NCBI GenBank assembly: GCA_964410905.1
Contig: CAYPIR010000001.1
Span: 21,861-85,860, forward strand
Origin: an uncultured bacterium
Lineage (GTDB): Bacteria > Omnitrophota > Omnitrophia > Omnitrophales > Aquincolibacteriaceae
Length of the DNA: 64,000 nucleotides
Reading direction: 5' to 3'
The position numbers and the translations under genes are program-made. The notes under the pieces are model-generated. The model saw only the letters and a list, made by a program, of their open reading frames with translations, was not told where the DNA came from and made no database searches. The stretch's first letter is position 1, and every line of letters starts with the position of its first letter. Positions 31,335 to 42,239 of the stretch are shown here, piece by piece.

Positions 31335-31659
31335 AGCTGGAAATCGCTTCTTCTTTCGTTGAATAACTTTCCATCAGACCGTTTACTCCAATCATTCGAA
31401 AAGCCTTTTCAACCTCAGGCCGAAGATTGCAAAGTTTGATGTCTCCTTTTTGTTCACGGACGCGGCGAAGACGTTCGACAAGAATTCCAACTCCGGCAAG
31501 CTCCACTCTTCTCGCTTCCTGCAAATCAAGCAAAAGACATTTGTGGTTTTTGTTGAGAAGCCTATTCATACGGTCCTTCATCTTGATCATGCTAAAAGCG
31601 TCCAGGTCTCCGTTAAATTTAAGGACATCTACATTCCGTTTTGTTTTTGAATAAAGCAT
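31324..31659 (-). CDS. STAS-domain anti-sigma-factor antagonist (SpoIIAA-like)
   Basis: 111 aa with the typical STAS pattern (…LDLQEARRVELAGVGILVERLRRV…). Confidence 0.75.
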   Translation of the reverse strand: MLYSKTKRNVDVLKFNGDLDAFSMIKMKDRMNRLLNKNHKCLLLDLQEARRVELAGVGILVERLRRVREQKGDIKLCNLRPEVEKAFRMIGVNGLMESYSTKEEAISSFAA

Positions 31660-31677
31660 ATCAAGCTCTCCTTTGTA

Positions 31678-32154
31678 TTATTTAAAAGCAAGTTTTTCCG
31701 CAAGTTCTTCAAATTTTTGTTCATTAGCATTAAAAAAGTTTTGCCATTTCTCTTTCGCCCAAATTTCTATGCGGTTTGAAACTCCGACAAAAACAACATC
31801 GGATTTAATTTCCACGCGAGTTTTTAATTTTTCTGGAATCAAGATTCTTCCCTGTTTATCGCAATCGACTTCGTAGGCGCTGCCAAAAAAACGGCGGTTA
31901 AACGCGCGCGCTTCGACAGATGTAAAAGACAAATCACGAAATTTTTTCTCTTCAGCTTTCCATTGCTCTTCGGTGAAAACAAACAAGCACTTGTCCAACC
32001 CTTCCGTAATAAAAAATCTCTCGACAAAACGGTCTTTAAAAATTTCACGGAATTTAGACGGAATCATCACACGATTTTTTACGTCAACCACGTGTTCAAA
32101 TTCACCGTAAAACATTTTCTTGAGCTCTCCTTTATATCCACCACTTATTACCAC
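31678..32154 (-). CDS. mraZ: transcriptional regulator MraZ
   Basis: 158 aa with duplicated MraZ domains (DxxxR motifs). Confidence 0.85.
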   Translation of the reverse strand: MVISGGYKGELKKMFYGEFEHVVDVKNRVMIPSKFREIFKDRFVERFFITEGLDKCLFVFTEEQWKAEEKKFRDLSFTSVEARAFNRRFFGSAYEVDCDKQGRILIPEKLKTRVEIKSDVVFVGVSNRIEIWAKEKWQNFFNANEQKFEELAEKLAFK

Positions 32155-32331
32155 TTATTACCACTTTATTAACGGCGGAAGTATATTCATTCTTAAATGG
32201 CGTGTCAAAACATTTTTTTTAGGGATTTTAAAAACAAGGAGGCTTTTTAGAGACAGAGTACGGGAAGGTGAAAACACGCAAAAAATCTTGTGGGGCAAAA
32301 CTAGGAAAAACGACTTAGGGAAGGAAAAACT

Positions 32332-33048
32332 TTAATCTTCGATATAAAGAATTCTAGAACAGTTTTCACAAACAGTAATTTCCACGCCAATTTTTATTTC
32401 GTTAATTAGTTGAGGGCGGAGTTGCAGCTGGCAAGCCAAACAAACACCATTCACTACGCGTGCGAGCGCTCGCCCTTCTTTTTTTTCCGCAATCCTGTTG
32501 TAGAGGTCTTTAATTTCTGGAGGAAGAACATCAACCGTCGAGCTGCGTTTATTCAAGGCATCTTCAAGTTGAGTTTGAATGTTTTTTTCTTGATTATTAA
32601 GTTCAACGTCTTTTTGTTGATATTCTTTTTCTATAGCTGTGAAATTTTCTTTTTCTTTTTTCACATCCTCTTTAATAGCTTCAACTTCATCTAAAATCTG
32701 GATAATTCCCTCTTCCAAAATCGAGTTGTCTGCTTTAAGCGACGCGATTTCTTGTTGAAGCGCGGAATACTCTTTGTTGGTTCTCACTTGCGAAAGCTGC
32801 CCATCAAGTTTTTTAATTTGATTTTCTTTTTGGGAAAGTTCAAGTTCTTTTTCTTTAAGTTTTACCTGAATGTCTTTGGCTGCTTTTTCAATTTCGCGAA
32901 GATGGTTTTTTTTTGATTCTAACTCGTCCTTGAGTTGTTTCTTTAAATATGGCATTTCCTCAAGCTGTAAACGCGACTGATGTATTAGGACATCAAGTTG
33001 TTGGGCTTTTTTGAGGACATCGAGGTTTTGAGAAATTTGGCTAGACAT
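32332..33048 (-). CDS. coiled-coil protein with C-terminal C4 zinc ribbon (COG1579-like)
   Basis: Long coiled coil followed by CLACQLQL…VCENCSRILY. Confidence 0.7.
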   Translation of the reverse strand: MSSQISQNLDVLKKAQQLDVLIHQSRLQLEEMPYLKKQLKDELESKKNHLREIEKAAKDIQVKLKEKELELSQKENQIKKLDGQLSQVRTNKEYSALQQEIASLKADNSILEEGIIQILDEVEAIKEDVKKEKENFTAIEKEYQQKDVELNNQEKNIQTQLEDALNKRSSTVDVLPPEIKDLYNRIAEKKEGRALARVVNGVCLACQLQLRPQLINEIKIGVEITVCENCSRILYIED

Positions 33049-33135
33049 AATTGCCGATGATTATATGAGAATCATCTCATCGCTTCAAGAATTAAAGACG
33101 TTTTTTTAACGTGGGATTTTTTATGAGATAAAAAA

Positions 33136-33533
33136 GGAAGGTCTTCTCTATAAGCCGGGTTCTGTTCTTTTATCTCGCGATAAAAGAGACGACCATCTAT
33201 CTAGGACAGTTGTTGCCAATTGTCTCGGTCGGCTTACCCAATAAAGTTAAGAGATTGCTCTCTTTGTAGAAGTGGACGCTTCCGCCAATTTGGCTCTTTA
33301 TCCTGTTTAGCCTTTCTTCACGTAGAGATTGCCGCGTTTCACCCTCTAAGACTTTCGTCCTAAAGACTCGTCTCTGTGGCTCTAATCCGTTCTGAAAATA
33401 TCTTGCGATAAATCCAGAAGATGGGCGTTACCCATTACGATGTCCTATGAAGCCCGGACTTTCCTCCCACAACGGTTTGATGAGACGTTTCTCACCCTTT
33501 CGCTTGTGCGCGATCGTCCGAAAAGACCTTCCC
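33136..33533 (-). ncRNA. rnpB: RNase P RNA (bacterial type A)
   Basis: The minus strand contains GGGAGGAAAGTCCGGGCTTCATAGGACA (P4 5' strand) and ACAGAACCCGGCTTA (P4 3' strand). P1 pairing GGAAGGTCTT/AAGACCTTCC is followed by a T6 run. Confidence 0.85.
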
Positions 33534-33558
33534 GAAATTTTCAAAGAATACTAAAAAA

Positions 33559-33632
33559 TGGACCCACCTGGACTCGAACCAGGAACCAAAGGATTATGAG
33601 TCCTCTGCTCTAACCGATTGAGCTATGGGTCC
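33559..33632 (-). tRNA. tRNA-Met (anticodon CAT; lysidine-type tRNA-Ile2 not excluded), no encoded CCA
   Basis: Hand-folded: acceptor stem GGACCCA/TGGGTCC, D stem GCTC/GAGC, anticodon loop CTCATAA, T loop TTCGAGT. Confidence 0.85.
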
Positions 33633-33776
33633 CCAAAACAAGGACGCGTAGCATAACCAAGAAATAAAAAAAAAACAAGCCGTCAAAATTACAAAAATTA
33701 ATAATTTTACAGACAAATTGGGAAGAATAAAAAAAACCTATAACGCGGCAAATACTTTAAGCGAAAGGAATATCCA

Positions 33777-34190
33777 TTATTTAGATAAAAGCTCCTCTAT
33801 TTTTTTTTGAAGATTGGTTAAATCAAATGGCTTTTCAATGTAAGCACTAATTCCTTCTTGATCAAAAAGAGACTGCATCTGACTGCCAGCGCCAGTAAGC
33901 ATCATGACACGAGTTTTGCGTATGCGTTCCTGCTCCGCCATATCCTCGTGCCTATAGCCTCGAAGATTCCTAAGATATGTTAGCCCGTCATCGCCGCCAG
34001 AAATACGCACATCCAGCAAAACGCAATCGGGTTTTTCTTCTACGGTTTTCAGTAGACCTTCTCCGCCATCATGCGCAACAATGACCTCATAGCCAAGACG
34101 CGTGAATTTTTCTTTAATTATTTGACAGATGTCATCTTCATCATCAACTACAAGAATGCGTTTTTGATTTTCGCTCATGTATTTCTCCAC
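33777..34190 (-). CDS. single-domain response regulator (CheY-like receiver)
   Basis: Conserved aspartates (DDEDD, phospho-acceptor D at LLDV) and a conserved K (KPF). Confidence 0.85.
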   Translation of the reverse strand: MEKYMSENQKRILVVDDEDDICQIIKEKFTRLGYEVIVAHDGGEGLLKTVEEKPDCVLLDVRISGGDDGLTYLRNLRGYRHEDMAEQERIRKTRVMMLTGAGSQMQSLFDQEGISAYIEKPFDLTNLQKKIEELLSK

Positions 34191-34235
34191 TTAATAAAAC
34201 TGTTGATTTATTTATACGCCGCGAAGTTCCGCCAT

Positions 34236-35756
34236 CTATTTGCAAATTTGCGCGGTACTATTCCAGCTTTTCCCGGTCGGACATTTTAGATAAGGAAAAT
34301 TTCCGGAAACAGGCATCCAAGCTCCATAGGGATTAGTCGTTGCATAAAACCACCCGCCAGTTGCAGGGTATTTGTAAACAGCTCCTCCTCTATTTGTGCC
34401 TGTCACGCCCGTGCCATAAAAATCGCTTATAGCAGTTGCTTTCCCTGTGGAATCCGAAACACCGCCAATGGTATTTGTTGGCGCAAGCCCTGAGGCAAAC
34501 CACCAAGAGTTAGGAATTGAAGATGTCCCGCTTTTTATTGCTCCAATCAGCCCTCCTGTTGCCAGAAAACTCAAACCGTTTCCCGTACTAAAATTTGCTA
34601 CTGAAAATGAATCTTCAATGATAATTGTCCCAGCAACACTCCCTATAAGCCCTCCGGCTGTTATTTGTGCACCAGAGGTTGTATAGCCCAACCCTGGGGG
34701 AGTCCCTTCAGTAATCAAGTTCCCTTGAAAGTAGGAACTAGAAATCCTCACGTCTCTTCCATATCCCACTAACCCGCCTGCGCTGTTTTTGTTATCGCCC
34801 AACTCTGGATTTCTGGCCGAAATTGTGCCTTTAAAATAAGAATTTTCAATAGTGCAATTTCCAATTATCCCGCCAGGCCACTCCCCACAACACCAACTCG
34901 ATTCACATTGTCCAATGAGACCGCCTACCGCGCCGCGATCGGCAAATAAACTCCCTGTAGCGGAACAATTAATAATTTGTATATTTCGCCCAACACCGAC
35001 AAAGCTTCCTACTCGAATATTTTGACTAACAGCAAGATTGCGAAGATGCAAATTCCTTATAACAGCACCATCCGCTTGTGAGAAAAGTCCGTAGCCGCCG
35101 TAATTCCCCGGCGGGATAACCGCATAAACATTGCTGACCGTATGTCCGCCGCCGTCAATAGTACCTGATATAGGAGTCGTCTGTCCCAGCGGGGACCATC
35201 CTTCAGCCAAACTCGGTCCACTATCGTCGCTAGTACCGGGAACTCCATCATAACCCACCCCTTCAAAAAATTGGTTATAACCTTTTCCCCAAAGACTTCC
35301 CCCGAATCCAGCATTACTCGGGTTAGTAGACGAACAATCAAGATCTTGGGTTAAAAGATATGTTTTCCCTGTCGCTGGGAATGCATTTATAAGCCCGATC
35401 AGTTGAAATTCTTCACAGCTGCTTAACAAAATTTCATTCCCCTCTCCTGTCCTCGCCGCCGCTCTAAGGACTGTAGCTCCTGTGCTAGGATTGCGATAAG
35501 CAAAGTGAAGTTTTGTCGCCAAAGGATGGTCAAGATCGACATGAGTAATACCCCAAATTCCGGTTGAAGTTCTTACGCGAAGCGGAGAATTGGTCAATTT
35601 CAAGCTTTCGCAGTTGAGCCCAACTATTTTATCGCCATCGTAGTAGCGCAGCCCGCAATCTGTAGCATATGCATGAGGGAAAGAGACAAAGAAAAGGGAA
35701 AGAAAAAAGAAGACTGCGAAAAGAAATTTGAGGCTATATTTTTGATCTCCCGACAT
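34236..35756 (-). CDS. secreted GLUG-motif repeat protein
   Basis: Signal peptide. Repeated GGLIG/GGLVG motifs and an IDGGGHTVSNVY segment typical of GLUG-containing beta-helical proteins. Confidence 0.65.
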   Translation of the reverse strand: MSGDQKYSLKFLFAVFFFLSLFFVSFPHAYATDCGLRYYDGDKIVGLNCESLKLTNSPLRVRTSTGIWGITHVDLDHPLATKLHFAYRNPSTGATVLRAAARTGEGNEILLSSCEEFQLIGLINAFPATGKTYLLTQDLDCSSTNPSNAGFGGSLWGKGYNQFFEGVGYDGVPGTSDDSGPSLAEGWSPLGQTTPISGTIDGGGHTVSNVYAVIPPGNYGGYGLFSQADGAVIRNLHLRNLAVSQNIRVGSFVGVGRNIQIINCSATGSLFADRGAVGGLIGQCESSWCCGEWPGGIIGNCTIENSYFKGTISARNPELGDNKNSAGGLVGYGRDVRISSSYFQGNLITEGTPPGLGYTTSGAQITAGGLIGSVAGTIIIEDSFSVANFSTGNGLSFLATGGLIGAIKSGTSSIPNSWWFASGLAPTNTIGGVSDSTGKATAISDFYGTGVTGTNRGGAVYKYPATGGWFYATTNPYGAWMPVSGNFPYLKCPTGKSWNSTAQICK

Positions 35757-35862
35757 GATAGCTTCCTCAGAATATGTTTTTTAGAACGACACACTCGCAA
35801 AAAATCTCGCCGACGCGCCAACTTACAAATTCACTTGAACAGTCTGTAAGAGTATCGGAATT

Positions 35863-37530
35863 TTATTCGCTTAGCTTAATATCCAAAAAATTTTTAAGTT
35901 TACGAGACCTCGTTGGATGACGCAATTTGCGAAGTGCTTTGGCTTCAATTTGACGGACACGTTCACGAGTAACTTTAAAAATATGTCCAACCTCTTCAAG
36001 CGTTCTTGGGTATCCATCGCCGATACCAAAACGAAGACGCAACACTTTTTCCTCACGTTCTGTCAAAGTCAAAAGAACATCGTCCATCTGTTCTTTGAGC
36101 ATACTGTAGGCAGTTGCGTTAGCGGGAGACACGGCTGTTTTATCTTCAATGAAATCACCAAAACTTGTATCGCCTTCATCGCCTATCGGCATTTGTAAAC
36201 TGACAGGCTCTTGTGCAATTTTTAAGATGCCTTTTACTTTATCCACAGGCATCTTTAAAAGTTGAGCAACTTCTTCTGGGGTCGGTTCACGCCCTGTTTC
36301 TTGCACTAAATGGCGGGAGGCGCGGAAAAACTTATTAATAGTTTCAATCATATGCACAGGAATGCGAATCGTCCGCGCTTGATCGGCAATAGAACGCGTA
36401 ATCGCCTGACGAATCCACCACGTAGCGTAGGTAGAAAATTTGTATCCGCGTTTGTATTCAAATTTATCAACCGCTTTCATTAACCCAATGTTCCCTTCTT
36501 GAATTAAATCAAGAAATGACAAACCGCGGTTGGTGTATTTTTTCGCGATGCTGACAACAAGACGAAGGTTTGCCGCAACAAGCGCTTTTTTAGCGTTTGA
36601 GAGTTCCCACTCTTTGCGGATAATTGGACGAAATTGTTCCAAAAGTTTTTTTTCATCGCCACCAAGTTCTCGCAAAAGTTTTTTACTGCGTTTTTCCAGC
36701 TGTATTTTTTGCGGTTGCAGCGCGACGCTCCGCATTTTTTTTGCTTCATCGTGATTTCTTTTTAACTCTTTTAATTTAGCACGGACATTGGCAACAATCT
36801 GTTCGACAATGGCAATGCTTAAATTAAACCGCATCAAAACGTCAACCGCGACCGTGGCTTTACGCGCTTTTTTAAGCTCGCCTATAAGTTTTTTAAGATT
36901 TCTTTTTATGGTGTCAAGATGCGCTCTCTCTTCACTTTCTATAATTGCTTCAAGCTGGACTTGCCCATTCAAAATTTTCTCGGAAAGTTCCAATACTTCA
37001 AATCGCGCCGCTTGAGTTTCGTAAACCACTTTTTTAAGTTCCGATTCGCAAAACTCTATGCGCTTTGAAATCTCAATCTCTTGCTCACGCGTAAGAAGAG
37101 AAATTTGTCCCATTTGACGAAGATATGTTCTAACGGGGTCATCAATACGCGCCTTTTCTTCTTCCGCCGCGGAGTCATCTTCCATTTCAGTGGACTTAAC
37201 GTTTTTTTTATCAGCGCCTTGCGAAGCATCCATAGGCTTTATGGCCTCATTAGAAACAACTATTCCCTTTTCGCTCAACGCAATAATTATCTCTTCAACC
37301 TTTTCCGGATTATTCCATTCCGTCGGTAATTCCTTTTTCATTTGGTCGATTGTTACAGAACCATTTTGGGTTCCAAACGCAATCAGCTTTTCGAGAACGC
37401 CTGAAGGAAGTTTTGATATGTTTTTTTTGCTGCCGGCAGATTTTTTAGTAGCAGGTTTTTTCTTCTTGGAAGAAACGGACATTTTTTTCATAGCGGTTTT
37501 TTTTGGAGATTTTTTAGCGGATTTTTTCAT
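35863..37530 (-). CDS. rpoD: RNA polymerase sigma-70 factor RpoD with Lys-rich N-terminal extension
   Basis: Regions 1.2, 2 (…[19 protein letters not shown]…), 3 and 4 are present. The N-terminal ~45 aa are [10 protein letters not shown]-type. Confidence 0.95.
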   Translation of the reverse strand: MKKSAKKSPKKTAMKKMSVSSKKKKPATKKSAGSKKNISKLPSGVLEKLIAFGTQNGSVTIDQMKKELPTEWNNPEKVEEIIIALSEKGIVVSNEAIKPMDASQGADKKNVKSTEMEDDSAAEEEKARIDDPVRTYLRQMGQISLLTREQEIEISKRIEFCESELKKVVYETQAARFEVLELSEKILNGQVQLEAIIESEERAHLDTIKRNLKKLIGELKKARKATVAVDVLMRFNLSIAIVEQIVANVRAKLKELKRNHDEAKKMRSVALQPQKIQLEKRSKKLLRELGGDEKKLLEQFRPIIRKEWELSNAKKALVAANLRLVVSIAKKYTNRGLSFLDLIQEGNIGLMKAVDKFEYKRGYKFSTYATWWIRQAITRSIADQARTIRIPVHMIETINKFFRASRHLVQETGREPTPEEVAQLLKMPVDKVKGILKIAQEPVSLQMPIGDEGDTSFGDFIEDKTAVSPANATAYSMLKEQMDDVLLTLTEREEKVLRLRFGIGDGYPRTLEEVGHIFKVTRERVRQIEAKALRKLRHPTRSRKLKNFLDIKLSE

Positions 37531-37559
37531 AGAATTTTGAATTGTATATTTTTTCGTTA

Positions 37560-39386
37560 TTAAAATCTATTGTTTTCTGCAACCTTTTTTAAAGTTTTTA
37601 GTTTAAGCATTCTTTCATTATATTCCTTCATCAACTCGTGACTTTTCTCTTTATCTCCCGAAGATTCCGCCTGAGCGATTTTGGCGGAATATTCTTTTAT
37701 TTCTTTTTCTAGCGCCGAACGCTGGATAGCTTTGACGCAATCCATAAACGCGGTTTCTCTATCCGTAAACTCATCTACAGTGAGGGACGTTTCCATAAAT
37801 CCTTTTCGATAAGACTCGTCGGAAATTTTTTCACTAACTTCAAGAACCGAGCTCTTCCCTCCGCGCAAATTAGTCTGCGTTAAATAATCAAATATATTTT
37901 GAGAATCGAGATTTTGCAAATCTTCCCGCTTTATTTCCTTTGAAGCAGTATCGCAAAATGGAGGAACCTCTGTCATAAGTAGAAGCAATAACCATTCCCG
38001 TTTAAGCGCTGGAGTTTTAGGGGCGACTTTTATTAAAGTTTTAGGCGCTTCTTGAAAATCTTTCTGAGAAGAATTCGCGGCAAACACTCTAAATTCCTTT
38101 TTCAAAACCGCTTCGTCTATCTTCAATGCGGTTGATAGACGCTTAATGTATTCGGACAATCTGACCGCGTCTTTTACTTTCCTCAAAGTATCTATCATTT
38201 CGCGCGTGATTTTAGAAACACCTAACGCGTCTTTTTGCGGAAAACGCTTAAGAAGCGATACTAGTTTGTAATCAAAAAAATCTTTAGCTGTTTTGAGTTC
38301 GCGCGCGAACACGTCATTTCCATATTTATTTAAAAAATCATCCGGATCTAATCCGTCCGGCAAATGCACAAGTTTTACCTGCATGCCGCCTTCTAGCAAT
38401 ATTTCAAGCCCGCGCAAAGACGCCGATTCACCCGCTTTATCGCCGTCGTAAACTACTATTACTTCTTCCACAAACCGTCGCATAATTCTGACATGGTCTT
38501 CACCAAGCGCCGTGCCGAGAGTCGCCACGGTATTTTTAAATCCGTGCTGGTAAAGCGCCAGAAAATCCATATAGCCTTCCACCAAAATCAGATTTGGCCA
38601 TTCACGCGATATGTGTTTTTTTGCTTGATAAAGTCCAAACAATTCACGGCGTTTTGAAAAAATCGCGGTCTCGGGAGAGTTTAGATATTTAGGCCCCGGC
38701 TCATCTCCCATAACGCGGCCGCCAAAGGCTATGACTTTCCCTGATAAATTTTGTATAGGGAAAACAAGTCGCCCATGAAATGTATCATAAAGATTTCCCT
38801 TCGCCGATTTTTGAACAAGCGCTGCTTTTTGCAAAGTTTCCATAGAATAGCCGCGCACCGTCATCGCGTTCACCAGCGCTCCCCATTCTTGAGTCGCCCA
38901 GCCCAAACGAAATTCTTTTATAATTTCATTCGAAATTTTACGTTTCGCGAGATAATCCCGCGCCACGATGCCCGATGGTTTCAAAAGTAAATCGTGATAA
39001 AAATTCGCGGCTTCTTCGCAAGCGTCATAAAGCGGTTCTTTTACGGCATCTTCTTTTTTTGTGAATTTTCTTTCCGGCAAGGTTATATGCGCTCGTTCGG
39101 CAAGCATTTTCAAACTTTCGGGAAAAGTCATATTTTCGTGCCGCATTAAAAATGTAAAAACGCTTCCGCCCGCTCCGCAGCCAAAACAATAAAACATTTG
39201 TTTTTCGCGACTTACAAAAAAAGACGGTGTTTTTTCTTGATGGAAGGGGCAGCAAGCTTTGAACTCGCGTCCTGAATGTTTCAGTGTTATGTATTGCGAA
39301 AGGACCTCGACAATATCATTTGCCGCGCGAACATCTTCTATTATTTGGTCATCGTGAGAAGCGTTTTCAAAATGACTTTGCGCCAT
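37560..39386 (-). CDS. dnaG: DNA primase
   Basis: Zn-finger [11 protein letters not shown], a TOPRIM domain and a C-terminal helicase-interaction region. Confidence 0.95.
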   Translation of the reverse strand: MAQSHFENASHDDQIIEDVRAANDIVEVLSQYITLKHSGREFKACCPFHQEKTPSFFVSREKQMFYCFGCGAGGSVFTFLMRHENMTFPESLKMLAERAHITLPERKFTKKEDAVKEPLYDACEEAANFYHDLLLKPSGIVARDYLAKRKISNEIIKEFRLGWATQEWGALVNAMTVRGYSMETLQKAALVQKSAKGNLYDTFHGRLVFPIQNLSGKVIAFGGRVMGDEPGPKYLNSPETAIFSKRRELFGLYQAKKHISREWPNLILVEGYMDFLALYQHGFKNTVATLGTALGEDHVRIMRRFVEEVIVVYDGDKAGESASLRGLEILLEGGMQVKLVHLPDGLDPDDFLNKYGNDVFARELKTAKDFFDYKLVSLLKRFPQKDALGVSKITREMIDTLRKVKDAVRLSEYIKRLSTALKIDEAVLKKEFRVFAANSSQKDFQEAPKTLIKVAPKTPALKREWLLLLLMTEVPPFCDTASKEIKREDLQNLDSQNIFDYLTQTNLRGGKSSVLEVSEKISDESYRKGFMETSLTVDEFTDRETAFMDCVKAIQRSALEKEIKEYSAKIAQAESSGDKEKSHELMKEYNERMLKLKTLKKVAENNRF

Positions 39387-39392
39387 AAATAT

Positions 39393-39986
39393 TTACGCGC
39401 TCTTTTTGGGAATAATACCCAATGTCGACTTTGGAGAAAATGGCGATACAATCGCGTCGCGAATATCGGGAAGCAGCGTTGAAACCGTATAACCTGTGTA
39501 TGTTTTTCCGGGTTTGAATGTGTCTTTGATCGCGCTTAGCGGAAAAAGCAAAACAAATTGTATGATGAAACTCATGAGTATAAGTGAATGCGCCACTCCC
39601 AAAATTAGTCCGCCTAAAATTTTCAAAAGACCCTGCCCTTCAATATGAAAAAACTTTCCCAAAAATTTACTCAACCATGAAAGTACAATCCAAATAATCG
39701 CCGCATAGATGAAAAACGCTATAGGATTTGAGACTTTCTCATTAAGAATGAAAATGTTTCGTGTAATAATTTTAGACAGCAGCGGGTAAATTGAAAGACA
39801 TGAAACACCCACAACAAGAAGCACGATAAGACGAGAAAACATATCCCCGAAACCAAGTTTGCTCCCGCGAGCAACTCCCCAAATAACAAATACAAAAAAT
39901 ACCCAATCAATTGGCGTAAAACTTTGCAAAGTAGAAACAAACGCGCCTCGACGGGCACTTTCAATGAAATTATAAAACCATTCCAT
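39393..39986 (-). CDS. cvpA: CvpA-family membrane protein
   Basis: 197 aa with four TM helices in the CvpA pattern. Confidence 0.7.
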   Translation of the reverse strand: MEWFYNFIESARRGAFVSTLQSFTPIDWVFFVFVIWGVARGSKLGFGDMFSRLIVLLVVGVSCLSIYPLLSKIITRNIFILNEKVSNPIAFFIYAAIIWIVLSWLSKFLGKFFHIEGQGLLKILGGLILGVAHSLILMSFIIQFVLLFPLSAIKDTFKPGKTYTGYTVSTLLPDIRDAIVSPFSPKSTLGIIPKKSA

Positions 39987-39988
39987 AT

Positions 39989-41335
39989 TTAATCTCTCCG
40001 CTTTGTTAGAACATTGAGCGACTCGCCTTTGAAACCGTCTTCAAAAATTTCTGTCAAATGATACGGTATGATACACCCTTGAACATTTTCCTGACACTCA
40101 AAAAAAACTTTTAAAAAATTCGGAGTAAGACCAACCGCCCGTCCCGTTTTTTCATCAGGATATTCCGCCAATATGTCAAATGTCCGTCCTAAATATATGT
40201 TCCGTCTTGAAAGCGAAAACTCATCTCCCGCCTTTGATAACGCACGAACCCTATCGCGGACAATTTTTTTGTCGCATTCTCCCCAGCCGCTCGCCGCGGT
40301 ACCTTCGCGCGGGCTATATGGAAATACATGAGTTTTGAGCGGCTGCAGTTCTTTTAAAAGATTTAGCGTGTTTTGAAATTGTTCGTCAGTCTCAGACGGA
40401 AAACCGACAAGAGCGTCAACGCTAAACTCAAAATCCGCTACCCGCTCTTTCATCTCCAATACAACATCTCGATATTGTTCACGAGTGTATCGCCTGTTCA
40501 TTTTTTTTAAAATTTCATTATCGCCGCTTTGCAACGGCAAATGAATATGCGGACAAAGTTTTGGAACTTCGCAAAACGCGGCGCGCAACGGCTCGTCTAA
40601 ATCCGTTAGTTCTATGGAACTCAGCCTCACGCGTTTTATCTCGTTAAATTGAGCGCAGGCCTCTATTACGTCACGAAGAGACAAATTTTTTCCATCAAAA
40701 TCTTTTCCATAAGCGCCCAGCTGTATCCCCGTCAAAATAATTTCTTTATAACCCGAGTCTCGCAGCCGCTTTATCTCGTCCAAAATGTCAGGCAGCGGAC
40801 GGCTTCGGGACGCGCCTCGAACAATGGAAACCTTACAATAACTACACGCGTGATTGCAACCGTCTTGAATTTTCACATAAGCCCGCGTTTTTCCTTCGGA
40901 TTTCGAAACGGAAAGCGCGGGATAATTTTCATTGCCCATCGCGTTTTGCGGTTGATTGATGCCGCAAGAGTTTTCAATAAGTTCAAAAATCCGTTCTTTT
41001 TCATTGTTGGGAAAAATCAAATCAACTTCCGGCAAAGCGTCTATCTCCGCTCTGTTTTTTTCCACATAGCAACCGGTTACAGCAACTCTCGCTTCGGGAT
41101 GTTCACGCTTAAGTCTGCGAACCCAATACCTGTTTGTCCTGTCCGCGTCTTGCGTTACCGTGCAAGTGTTTATGACAACCAAGTCGCATTTTATTCCTTT
41201 TTGCCCTTCTATGTCTTTATAGCCGTGCCGTTCGAGAGCTTCGCGCATCGCTTGCGTTTCGTATTGGTTGACTTTGCATCCCAGAGTATAAAAGCGAACC
41301 GTTTTGGTAGGAATTTCTACATTATTAATAGACAT
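39989..41335 (-). CDS. MiaB/RimO-family radical-SAM methylthiotransferase (MtaB-like)
   Basis: N-terminal MTTase cysteine triad, a radical-SAM CxxxCxxC (CNHACSYC) and a C-terminal TRAM-like region. Confidence 0.85.
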   Translation of the reverse strand: MSINNVEIPTKTVRFYTLGCKVNQYETQAMREALERHGYKDIEGQKGIKCDLVVINTCTVTQDADRTNRYWVRRLKREHPEARVAVTGCYVEKNRAEIDALPEVDLIFPNNEKERIFELIENSCGINQPQNAMGNENYPALSVSKSEGKTRAYVKIQDGCNHACSYCKVSIVRGASRSRPLPDILDEIKRLRDSGYKEIILTGIQLGAYGKDFDGKNLSLRDVIEACAQFNEIKRVRLSSIELTDLDEPLRAAFCEVPKLCPHIHLPLQSGDNEILKKMNRRYTREQYRDVVLEMKERVADFEFSVDALVGFPSETDEQFQNTLNLLKELQPLKTHVFPYSPREGTAASGWGECDKKIVRDRVRALSKAGDEFSLSRRNIYLGRTFDILAEYPDEKTGRAVGLTPNFLKVFFECQENVQGCIIPYHLTEIFEDGFKGESLNVLTKRRD

Positions 41336-42147
41336 TATTTCGATTCCAAGACTCCATAAAATCTTAAGGCAGCGGCAACACCCACAAAAGCCGTGTCAGC
41401 CTTAAAAAGCACTTCGCCAAGTTTTACGATCCAAAAATTTTTTTCTCTTCTGTGCCATCTTGCCCATTTAATTTCATCTTCAGAAAAACCACCTTCCGGT
41501 CCAATAAAAATATTTAGCTTTTCAAATGACGCTTTATTGGATTCAAAAATTTTTATCCAGCCAGAAAATGGTATCGCGTCTTTCGCGGGATGAAAAATCA
41601 CAACCGCTTCATCTTCGCCTATAGCGGCGAGCACGTCTTTAAAACTTTGCGGGCCATTAATTTTGACAAGGTTTAGACAACCAGACTGTTTGCTTGCTTC
41701 ACACGCGATTCGATTCCAACGCTCAACAACTTTTTCCGTTTTCTCACGCGCGATTTGAACCTCACAGTGTTCCGAAACTATCGGAGAAAATTCAAAAACT
41801 CCCAACTCCTGCGATTTCTCCACAAGCAAATCCGTTTTCCCTTTGCGGAGCATTGTCGGAAACATTCTAAGCTTAACTCTGTCTCGAAACTCGCCCGTTT
41901 TTACTATGAGTCTTGTTATATGAAGTTTGGTTTTTCCATCGGGCAAGAATGACAAAATAACGGCCTCAACTTCCGCGCCCTTCCCATCAGTTACAAAACA
42001 CGCGTCGCCTTCTTTCAGCCGTATGGATTCCTGAACATGCTTGGTTTCCGCCTCATCAAGTAATAAAGTTTCCGTATTCGCCGACAAAGACTGCGTTGTA
42101 AAAAAGCGTCTCAGTTTTCTTGATTGTTTTTTATCATTACTATTCAC
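41335..42147 (-). CDS. rsmE: 16S rRNA (uracil1498-N3)-methyltransferase RsmE-family
   Basis: 270 aa with a PUA-like N-terminus and a SPOUT C-terminal domain. Confidence 0.8.
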   Translation of the reverse strand: MNSNDKKQSRKLRRFFTTQSLSANTETLLLDEAETKHVQESIRLKEGDACFVTDGKGAEVEAVILSFLPDGKTKLHITRLIVKTGEFRDRVKLRMFPTMLRKGKTDLLVEKSQELGVFEFSPIVSEHCEVQIAREKTEKVVERWNRIACEASKQSGCLNLVKINGPQSFKDVLAAIGEDEAVVIFHPAKDAIPFSGWIKIFESNKASFEKLNIFIGPEGGFSEDEIKWARWHRREKNFWIVKLGEVLFKADTAFVGVAAALRFYGVLESK

Positions 42148-42239
42148 ATAGCACCTGAAAAATATCTATATACAAAAAAGACCCGCGAGCAAAAATCCCG
42201 CGGGTCAAAAGAGAATCTAAAGGATTCAAAACACAAACA

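Noticed and set aside
40649-41359. 236-aa plus-strand ORF opposite the MtaB-like gene
   Set aside because: Antisense shadow ORF.
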